DNA of 64,000 nt from Rhodospirillales bacterium (GTDB lineage Bacteria > Pseudomonadota > Alphaproteobacteria > Rhodospirillales > UBA2165): contig JAYGEG010000152.1 in the NCBI GenBank assembly GCA_046582495.1, positions 5,949 to 69,948 on the forward strand, read 5' to 3'. Below are positions 20,343 to 28,709 of this stretch, piece by piece. The position numbers were made by a program, and so were the translations under genes. Position 1 is the first letter of the stretch. Each line of letters begins with the position of its first letter. The notes under the pieces are model-generated. The model searched no databases, was not told where the DNA came from, and was given only the letters and a program-made list of their open reading frames with translations.

Positions 20343-21326
20343 ATGCCAGAAAATAACGAGATGAAAAAACTGCCCGTCAAATACGACGACTTTCTTAAAT
20401 ATTTCCCGGATGCGTCCGGCAATGATGTGAACGGCCTGGGTGAAATGGAAATAAGACCACCCTCGCCATTCTTCTGGCACCCACACGATAAACATGAGTT
20501 TGGTGAGTTGCAGATGGAAGTGATCGGCATTCAACGGCGCTCCCCGGAAATCACTGAACACTATTCGCATGATGCACCACGTGGGCCTAAGACCGTCAAG
20601 AAAGCTGAAAATCCAATCGAAAAATCTGCCGAGGCGTGGACAAAGGCGGTCAAGGAATTCACCCTCAGCCATGAAGGCAACGATGTGCGCATCACCGAGA
20701 TGGATCCGCTTTATATCTATGAAGGTTATGAGCTCGATCATCCAAATATCATCATCATCGGCGTCACGATGGATCATGACGAATTGATGAAATTACCAAC
20801 CTCTCTCGACAATCCCGCAAATGCCGTTGAAGTCGCCAAACAATATAACCGCGCTGCCCGCGTCTGCCGTGAGGTGACGAATTTTATTTTATCGCAAGGC
20901 TACGATGCGAAGGCCTGGGCCGGGCCGTTTGCTTCCGCACTCTCGATGATGCCGGCCGCGATAGCTTCCGGCATGGGCACCCTCGGCAAGCACGGCTCGC
21001 TCATTCATGGGGAGTTTGGCTCATCTTTTCGTTTGTCCGCTGTCACCACCGATATGCCGCTTGTTTTTGATCAGCCGCGCGATATTGGCGCGGAAGATTT
21101 TTGTGTCAATTGTCAGATTTGCGTCAAAGCCTGTCCCCCCGGCGCGATCTTCCCGGAAAAACAAACGGTGCGCGGCGCTGAAAAATACTTCGTTGATTTC
21201 GACAAATGCATCCCCTATTTCGGTGAGGCCTTGGGCTGCGCGATCTGCATCGCGAAATGCCCGTGGTCGACCCCCGGCCGCGCCCCGAAATTGACGGAGA
21301 AGATGTTGAGCCGGCGAAATAGGTAG
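20343..21326 (+). CDS. QueG / reductive-dehalogenase-superfamily-like 4Fe-4S protein (possibly cobalamin-dependent)
   Basis: 327 aa. Cys motifs CVNCQICVKACP and C-x9-C-x2-C-x3-CP (CIPYFGEALGCAICIAKCPW). They are preceded by GMGTLGKHGSLIHGEFGSSFRL, which resembles the QueG/RdhA core. Starts 3 nt after the ligase stop. Confidence 0.55.
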   Translation: MPENNEMKKLPVKYDDFLKYFPDASGNDVNGLGEMEIRPPSPFFWHPHDKHEFGELQMEVIGIQRRSPEITEHYSHDAPRGPKTVKKAENPIEKSAEAWTKAVKEFTLSHEGNDVRITEMDPLYIYEGYELDHPNIIIIGVTMDHDELMKLPTSLDNPANAVEVAKQYNRAARVCREVTNFILSQGYDAKAWAGPFASALSMMPAAIASGMGTLGKHGSLIHGEFGSSFRLSAVTTDMPLVFDQPRDIGAEDFCVNCQICVKACPPGAIFPEKQTVRGAEKYFVDFDKCIPYFGEALGCAICIAKCPWSTPGRAPKLTEKMLSRRNR

Positions 21327-21342
21327 AAGTAGATTAATTTGG

Positions 21343-21765
21343 TCAATCGTATTGACTGACCCTACCTCGGCCTTTTTTGATCGAGCTTTTCTGGCGTTTG
21401 CCGTCCAGGCGGCGCTGTTTGGCGGCCCTGCTGGGTTTGGTTTTGCGGCGGGGTTTTGGCGGCGAGGCAGCCTGACGGATCAACGCGACCAAGCGGTCCA
21501 AAGCATCCTGGCGATTGCGTTCCTGTGCCGCATACCGGTGCGCCTCAATCACGATAATCCCGTCTTTGGTCATGCGCCTGCCGGCCAAAGGTTTCAACCT
21601 GAAAAACACAGCATTAGAAATTGAAGGGCTATTGCGAGCGTTAAACCGCAATTGCACTGCCGTTGCAGTTTTGTTGACTTTCTGGCCGCCAGAGCCCGGC
21701 GAGCGAATGAAGTGCTCCTCGATCTCGTCTTCGGACAGGCTGATGGTGGATGTAATATCGATCAT
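21343..21765 (-). CDS. arfB: alternative ribosome-rescue factor ArfB (peptidyl-tRNA hydrolase, YaeJ)
   Basis: 140 aa. GGQ motif (SPGSGGQKVNKT) and a basic C-terminal tail. Confidence 0.85.
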   Translation of the reverse strand: MIDITSTISLSEDEIEEHFIRSPGSGGQKVNKTATAVQLRFNARNSPSISNAVFFRLKPLAGRRMTKDGIIVIEAHRYAAQERNRQDALDRLVALIRQAASPPKPRRKTKPSRAAKQRRLDGKRQKSSIKKGRGRVSQYD

Positions 21766-21794
21766 CGCTGGAGATTAGCAGAAAGGAATTAATG

Positions 21795-21935
21795 AACCAC
21801 GAAGGACATGAAGAACACGAAGAAGAATCCCCCTCGCCCCGGCCCTCTCCCACGAGGGGAGAGGGAGTAAAAGGTTGGCCCATTTTTCGGTCTTATCCCC
21901 TCCCCCTTGATGGGGGAGGGTTAGGGAGAGGGTGA
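21795..21935. repeat. composite GC-rich REP-like block (three modules)
   Basis: Module 1 is aaccacgaaggacatgaagaacacgaag. Module 2 is the hairpin ccctctcccacgaggggagaggg. Module 3 is the hairpin cccctcccccttgatgggggaggg. Related modules recur at 46376..46520, with module 2 inverted there. Confidence 0.7.
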
Positions 21936-21937
21936 TA

Positions 21938-21964
21938 ATAATAAAAGGCGACCCTTAGGCCGCC
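21938..21964 (-). terminator. putative intrinsic terminator after ilvC
   Basis: The minus strand reads ggcggcctaagggtcgcc followed by ttttattatt, about 28 nt past the ilvC stop. Confidence 0.45.
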
Positions 21965-21991
21965 CTTAATTTTAATTCTTCTAGGATCGAA

Positions 21992-23014
<1,023 letters not shown>

Positions 23015-23058
23015 TTATATCCCTACAATTACGTTTAATTCAGTTAGTCAAATTTAGT

Positions 23059-23577
23059 TCAAATTGATTCTGGACCGCGCGCGATGGCAACCACGCCTGT
23101 GCGCGATAAGTCCACCAATCCGAGCGGCTTCATTAGTTCGATGAAAGCGTCCAGCTTATCTGTGCTGCCGACAATCTCGAAAACAAAAGAGTTGTTCGTG
23201 CTGTCGACGACGTGTGCCCGGAATATATCGGCGATTCTCAAAGATTCAACCCGAAAATCACCTTCACCGGCGACTTTTATCAAGGCGAGCTCGCGTTCTA
23301 CGGAAGGACCATCGACGGTTAAATCAGAAACAGTGCGCACCGGCACCAATCGCTCGAGTTGGGCACGAATTTGTTCGAGCACCATTTGCGTGCCGGAACT
23401 AACAATGGTGATCTTGGAAAGCCCAACTTCATCGTCAACTTCGGCAACGGTCAGGCTGTCGATATTATAGCCACGGCCTGATAAAAGTCCGATGACGCGC
23501 GCCAGCACACCGGGCTCGTTTTCCACCAGGATCGAAAAAGTGTGATCCTGGACAGTATTGTTAAACATATTATTCAC
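23059..23577 (-). CDS. ilvN: acetolactate synthase small (regulatory) subunit
   Basis: 172 aa. ACT domain start (HTFSILVENEPGVLARVIGLLSGRGYNIDSLTV). Lies downstream of the large subunit. Confidence 0.9.
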   Translation of the reverse strand: MNNMFNNTVQDHTFSILVENEPGVLARVIGLLSGRGYNIDSLTVAEVDDEVGLSKITIVSSGTQMVLEQIRAQLERLVPVRTVSDLTVDGPSVERELALIKVAGEGDFRVESLRIADIFRAHVVDSTNNSFVFEIVGSTDKLDAFIELMKPLGLVDLSRTGVVAIARGPESI

Positions 23578-23596
23578 GTTAATTACTCCGCCTGCT

Positions 23597-25357
23597 CTAG
23601 GCCGTTACTTTATCTTTGCTATCAACCGTTACCGGCTTTTGATCAGGATGTAGGACAATATCATTATGCGCGGCACCTGAAGGGATCATTGGGAACACAT
23701 TTTCCATGCGATCCGTCGCCATGTTCAAGAATACAGGCCCGTCTGTCTCCAGCATCTCTTTAATTGAGGCGTCAACATCTTCGGCTTTAGTACAGCTAAA
23801 CGCAGTGAATCCCATGGATTCAGCGAGCTTTATGAAGTCTGGGCCATTGCTCAGATCACATTGAGACTCGTTGTTTTCATAGAACAATTCCTGCCACTGG
23901 CGGATCATGCCCAACACCTTGTTGTTGAGGTTCAAGATTTTAACCGGCAAGCGTTCCTTGGAGATGGTCAGCAATTCCTGAATATTCATCATCACTGAAC
24001 CTTCGGAGGTTACACAAACAACGGAAGAGTCCGGATGTGCGACCTGAACGCCCATTGCAGACGGCACGCCATAGCCCATCGTGCCAAGGCCACCAGATGT
24101 CATCCAGCGGTTGGGCTCGTCGAACTGAATATATTGAGCGGCCCACATTTGATGCTGCCCGACATCGGTCGTGATGTAATAATCGGTGCCGCTCAATATC
24201 TCGCTTAGGCGCGACAAGGCATATTGAGGCTTGATGACCTCATCCTTGTCTTGCTCAAAGTTGAGACATTCAACGGAACGCCATGTCTCGATGATCTTCC
24301 ACCAATCTTCAACCGCCGAGTGGTTTACTTTCGGCTGTTTCTCATTCCAGACCGTTATGAAGTCGGTCAAAAAGCTGGTCGCATCGGCAATGATCGCCAA
24401 ATCAACAGTAATGTTTTTGTTGATTGATGAAGGATCTATATCGACATGAATTTTTTGCGAGTTCGGTGAGAACGCAGCCGTATTGCCGGTCACCCGGTCA
24501 TCAAAGCGCGCACCGATATTAAACATAACATCACAATCATGCATCGCGAGATTGGCTTCGTATGTACCGTGCATACCGGGCATACCAATAAACTGTTTAT
24601 CGGTTGTTGGGTACGCACCCAGCGCCATCAGCGTCGTGGTGCAGGGAAAGCCTGTCATTTTAACGAGCTTTTGCAGCAATGCTGAAGCTTCAGGGCCGGA
24701 ATTGATGACACCGCCGCCCGCATAGATGATCGGACGCTCGGCAGAGGCCACCAAATCAACGGCGGCTTCAATCAAATCACGGTCACCATTTATCTGCGGC
24801 TTGTAATTTCTAGGCGCAATACCTTCCGGGCCGACATAATCGCCATAGCCCATGATGATATCTTTTGGAATATCAACCAAAACAGGGCCTGGACGACCGT
24901 GCGAAGCAATGTAAAACGCCTCATGTAAAATATAGGCAAGATCATCCGTCGATTTGACCAGATAATTATGTTTGGTCGCCGGGCGGGTAATGCCAGTCGT
25001 ATCAGCTTCTTGGAACGCATCGTTGCCAATCAAAGCGCTTGTTACCTGACCTGTCAGGCACACAATCGGAATACTATCCATCAACGCATCAACCAGGCCC
25101 GTCACGGTATTGGTTGCGCCGGGGCCAGACGTTGCCATCGCCACACCGGTTTTGCCGGTTGAGCGGGCATAACCTTCGGCGGCATGAACCCCGCCTTGTT
25201 CATGGCCAACCAGGATATGGCGCAGACTATTTTGTTTGTGGAGGTCGTTATAAAGCGGAAGCGTCACACCACCGGGATAGCCAAACACGACTTCCACACC
25301 CTGATCCGCCAAAGCTTTCAGAATGATCTCTCCGCCTGTAATCCGGTTACTCGACAT
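23597..25357 (-). CDS. ilvB: acetolactate synthase large (catalytic) subunit
   Basis: ThDP enzyme blocks (GYPGGVTLPLYN, SGPGATN, GLGTMGYGVPSAMG). I prefer the ATG at 25357 (GGAGA upstream) to the TTG at 25381. Confidence 0.92.
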   Translation of the reverse strand: MSSNRITGGEIILKALADQGVEVVFGYPGGVTLPLYNDLHKQNSLRHILVGHEQGGVHAAEGYARSTGKTGVAMATSGPGATNTVTGLVDALMDSIPIVCLTGQVTSALIGNDAFQEADTTGITRPATKHNYLVKSTDDLAYILHEAFYIASHGRPGPVLVDIPKDIIMGYGDYVGPEGIAPRNYKPQINGDRDLIEAAVDLVASAERPIIYAGGGVINSGPEASALLQKLVKMTGFPCTTTLMALGAYPTTDKQFIGMPGMHGTYEANLAMHDCDVMFNIGARFDDRVTGNTAAFSPNSQKIHVDIDPSSINKNITVDLAIIADATSFLTDFITVWNEKQPKVNHSAVEDWWKIIETWRSVECLNFEQDKDEVIKPQYALSRLSEILSGTDYYITTDVGQHQMWAAQYIQFDEPNRWMTSGGLGTMGYGVPSAMGVQVAHPDSSVVCVTSEGSVMMNIQELLTISKERLPVKILNLNNKVLGMIRQWQELFYENNESQCDLSNGPDFIKLAESMGFTAFSCTKAEDVDASIKEMLETDGPVFLNMATDRMENVFPMIPSGAAHNDIVLHPDQKPVTVDSKDKVTA

Positions 25358-25528
25358 TTTCCGTCTCCAAAGTCGCGCCAAACGGCACTATTTCATTAAA
25401 ATTCATAAGTCTGAAAAATACAGAACGCCACCCGAACCACCCCATTAACCCAAAATCTTTCCGGGAAGGACGGCCTCTGTGGCGCGATTCCGGCGGAAAC
25501 TATACCTTTAGCTATTTCGCGTCAACAC

Positions 25529-26464
25529 TTAAATAACAATTTTTGAAAAGATTTCAGGCAGTAATCTTTCCGAATATTGCGCATTTACCCTATGATTTTG
25601 AACTATTTGGTTGCGAAACCACGTCATTTGGCGTTTTGCATAGCGCCGAGTTGCTTGTTTTGCAGCTTTTACCGCGTCTTCTAGCGCTAATTCATCCTGC
25701 AAATATGCGATCAATTCCGGCACGCCGAGAGCCTTCATTGCCGGCAAATTGGGATCAAGGTTCAACGCCATGAGCGCCCGCACTTCTTCAAGCGCGCCAT
25801 TTGCGATCATCCAATCAAACCGCGCTTCGCATTTCGCATAAAGTTCTTCCCGAGGCGGTTCGAAAATAACCGTTTGGTAGTTGGCTTTAAGCGGCGGAGT
25901 GGTCGGCGCGTCCTGATGCCAATCGGTCAGGCTCCGCTCCGTTGCGAGATGGACTTCATAAGCACGAATCATGCGCTGGCTATCTGTTGGGTTGAGGCGC
26001 TCGGCAGATTTAGGATCAAATTCGGCGAGTTCTTGATGAAAAGCCTCGGCGCCTATTTCTTCACGCCTTGCCATAACTTCTTCTCTAATTTCTTCCGGAA
26101 TGTCTGGAATTTCCGAAAGCCCCTCCATCAGCGCTTTGATATAAAGCCCGGTGCCACCGGTGATGATGGGTAGTTTTCCAGCACGCCAACAGGCTTCAAT
26201 CTCGGACACGGCAAGATCCCGCCAGATACCGGCGGAACAGGCTTCAGCGGCTGGCATCACGCCATATAATTTATGCGACGCTTTCGCCTCATCCTCTTCT
26301 AACGGGCGGGCAGTAATCAATCGCAACTCAGCGTACAATTGCATGGAATCACAATTGATGATGACGCCGTCATATTTATCGGCGGCGGCAAGAGCCAAGC
26401 CCGACTTACCACTCGCCGTTGGCCCGGCAACGATCAAAATGGGGTTTTGAGAGTTAGAAATCAT
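25529..26464 (-). CDS. miaA: tRNA dimethylallyltransferase
   Basis: 311 aa. P-loop GPTASGKS. MiaA blocks (DSMQLY, GGTGLYIKAL, TRRYAKRQMTWFR). Confidence 0.9.
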   Translation of the reverse strand: MISNSQNPILIVAGPTASGKSGLALAAADKYDGVIINCDSMQLYAELRLITARPLEEDEAKASHKLYGVMPAAEACSAGIWRDLAVSEIEACWRAGKLPIITGGTGLYIKALMEGLSEIPDIPEEIREEVMARREEIGAEAFHQELAEFDPKSAERLNPTDSQRMIRAYEVHLATERSLTDWHQDAPTTPPLKANYQTVIFEPPREELYAKCEARFDWMIANGALEEVRALMALNLDPNLPAMKALGVPELIAYLQDELALEDAVKAAKQATRRYAKRQMTWFRNQIVQNHRVNAQYSERLLPEIFSKIVI

Positions 26465-26479
26465 GCAAAATGGTCTAAT

Positions 26480-26550
26480 CCTTAATTAAGTGACTGTCAC
26501 TTAATTAAGGAAGATGTGAATTGATGTAAATAAGTGACTGTCACTTAATT
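26480..26550. repeat. AT-rich TTAATTAA-palindrome element (two hairpins)
   Basis: Hairpin ccttaattaagtgac-t-gtcacttaattaagg at 26480..26510. Second hairpin aaataagtgac-t-gtcacttaatt at 26528..26550. A homologous unit lies at 39183..39237. Confidence 0.75.
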
Positions 26551-26552
26551 AT

Positions 26553-27557
26553 TTAGGCGAGTTCTTCGCGGTACAAGTTGAGCTTTTCCATCACTTGTTT
26601 ATCTGAGATGACGACCACAATGGCGCGATCTGTCAAAGCGGTGTGCGTGGCCCAGGTCCAATGCGGGGTGGTGAAGATGTCCTTTGGTCCCCACTCATGC
26701 GTGACCTCGCCAATTTGGCTGGTGCCCTCACCTTCCAACACCACACAAACCGCGTTGGCCATAAAACGCGATTTCGGCGTTGTTTTGCCTTTTGCCAATG
26801 CCACCACATGAGAATCGTGAGTTGGCAGAATTTCATCACCGTTCAATGGATTTGTATAATGAACTGTGCGCCTGCCAACGTCATCCACTGGCGCCTTATC
26901 CAAAGCAGCCAGCACATCTTGCCAGGCATAGCGGAGGCGCGGCGAATGGTGAACATTCGCCAAACCGGTAGCTGGGGCAAGGCCGGCTTTTTCATACACG
27001 TCGTCAGAAAGAGTTGAAGCGTTTTCCGGAAAACGATTCTCCGGCCCCATCTTCATTTCGCCGAAGATGGCATCAAACGAGCCGAGCAACGGAACATCCA
27101 AGACATCCAACCAAATGGCGCGGCTGTCGGTATCGTTTTCATGGCAATGCCACGTCCAGTTCGGCGTGATGATGAGATCGCCGTCAAACATGTCACATCG
27201 TTTGCCATCGACGAAGGTGGCGCCGCCGGCTCCTTCTAATATCACGCGGGTGGCGGCGGGTGTATGGCGGTGCGGCGAGGTTTTCTCGCCCGGCAACACA
27301 CATTGATAGGCTGCAATGATGTTTGTGGTTGTTGCTATTTTACCGTCGAGATGGGGATTTTTGAGCATCAAGACGCGGTGGTCTGCATTTTTACCTTGCA
27401 CAAGCTCGGCCGATTTCTCAATCAGCGGCACCATCTCATCCCATTTCCATATAACCGACGGCTCTGCCCGATTAGGCTCATCGACAACGATGTTTTCATA
27501 CATCTCCCAGAGCGGGGCCAGATCGTTTTTTTGAATATCTTCGAGAAATTCTTTCAT
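26553..27557 (-). CDS. gentisate 1,2-dioxygenase-like bicupin
   Basis: 334 aa. GDO-type cupin core (GEKTSPHRHTPAATRVILEGAGGATFVDGKRCDMFDGDLIITPNWTWHCHEN...IWLDVLDVPL) plus a second cupin. Confidence 0.7.
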   Translation of the reverse strand: MKEFLEDIQKNDLAPLWEMYENIVVDEPNRAEPSVIWKWDEMVPLIEKSAELVQGKNADHRVLMLKNPHLDGKIATTTNIIAAYQCVLPGEKTSPHRHTPAATRVILEGAGGATFVDGKRCDMFDGDLIITPNWTWHCHENDTDSRAIWLDVLDVPLLGSFDAIFGEMKMGPENRFPENASTLSDDVYEKAGLAPATGLANVHHSPRLRYAWQDVLAALDKAPVDDVGRRTVHYTNPLNGDEILPTHDSHVVALAKGKTTPKSRFMANAVCVVLEGEGTSQIGEVTHEWGPKDIFTTPHWTWATHTALTDRAIVVVISDKQVMEKLNLYREELA

Positions 27558-27562
27558 AACCT

Positions 27563-28636
27563 CTATTCCTTAAAGTGCGGCATAACCTTCTCACCGAATA
27601 ATCTTACAGAAGCCTCTGCTACTTCGACATCCATGCCAAATGGATTCACCTGTAGAGACAGCTCATCACAGCCGCCGCAGGCCGCGTCAAAAGCATGCAA
27701 TTGTTCAATAATTTCGGATGGCGTTCCGATATAGGCGGCGCCAGCTTCGATCTGGCTTTCCAATGTTTGCGCCGAAATCTTTTCCCGCATCTTGTCATAG
27801 TTTTTATAAGCATCCGAAGGCGAGCCATCTCGGTACTCCATCATCGCATCAGCGATGGCAGCAAAATGACCTTCGACCCGCGGCTTTGCAATCCGCATTG
27901 CTTCATCGTGGTCTTCATGGCAGAGCATAAATACCGCCATCATAATTTTTGGCTTTCCCGCATGACCAGCCTTCGCCCAGGCCGCACGGTAGGTATCCAA
28001 CAACGCAATGGGATCAGAGCCCACACCTGGGATTGCCATCAACCAATGTCCCATCTTGCCTGCGCGCTCAAACGAGGCGGGCGTGCCGACTGCAGCAATA
28101 TAAAAATTCGGGCGCGGCTGTTGGGTCGGGCGCGGCAGCGTCGTGACATCTTTAAAACTGTGGAAGCGGCCTTCGGAAGTGACGTTTTCTTGCTCCATCA
28201 ACAATTGTACCTGCGATATTCCTTCCTCAAAGCGCTCAACGCTTTCGTCAATATCAACTTCAAAATGGCGGAACTCTTGCGGTAGAAAGGCGCGGGCAAA
28301 GCCGACATCCAACCGGCCATCCGAAAAAGCGTCGAGCATCCCTAAATCGCTCGCAAGTTTGAGCGGGCTATTAAACGCCGGCAACACCGCACCCGTGATC
28401 AAACGTGCCTTCTTGGTGTGTTGCGAAGCTGCTGTCAAAAAGACAATGGGGTTCGAGCTGTAACCACCCCAATGATGAAAGTAGTGCTCAACCGTGCGCA
28501 CGTGCGAATAGCCATATTCATCGCACAGGCCAACAAGATGCATCACCTCTTCATAGTATTGAACAGGTGATTTCACATCTTCCCGAATATCCGGAAAAAA
28601 TTGCATGCCGAAACGCAAGTCAGCCTCCTTAGCCAA
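27563..28636 (-). CDS. luciferase-like (LLM class) flavin-dependent oxidoreductase
   Basis: 357 aa. TIM-barrel LLM pattern (FGMQFFP...VRTVEHYFHHWGGYSSNP...GRLDVGFARAF). Confidence 0.75.
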   Translation of the reverse strand: MAKEADLRFGMQFFPDIREDVKSPVQYYEEVMHLVGLCDEYGYSHVRTVEHYFHHWGGYSSNPIVFLTAASQHTKKARLITGAVLPAFNSPLKLASDLGMLDAFSDGRLDVGFARAFLPQEFRHFEVDIDESVERFEEGISQVQLLMEQENVTSEGRFHSFKDVTTLPRPTQQPRPNFYIAAVGTPASFERAGKMGHWLMAIPGVGSDPIALLDTYRAAWAKAGHAGKPKIMMAVFMLCHEDHDEAMRIAKPRVEGHFAAIADAMMEYRDGSPSDAYKNYDKMREKISAQTLESQIEAGAAYIGTPSEIIEQLHAFDAACGGCDELSLQVNPFGMDVEVAEASVRLFGEKVMPHFKE

Positions 28637-28709
28637 TCTATTTTGATTTAGCCTACAGGCTATAGATTTTGTGATAAAGCGTTAAAGCGGGTCGATTATG
28701 GGCAGCGTA

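Noticed and set aside
21641-21883. 80-aa ORF (and the similar 46439..46651 ORF) with PLVGEGRGEG / HEGRGG-type sequence.
   Set aside because: The reading frames run through GC-rich REP hairpins, so the peptide is just the translation of the repeat. Neither has an RBS or a coding context.
25358-25528. A leader peptide or attenuator upstream of ilvB, and a TTGACG-N15-TATAGT promoter-like match at 25499..25525.
   Set aside because: The only small ORF (MGWFGWRSVFF...) is not enriched in Val, Ile or Leu, and no terminator hairpin follows it. The promoter match has a short 15-nt spacer and cannot be supported from sequence alone.
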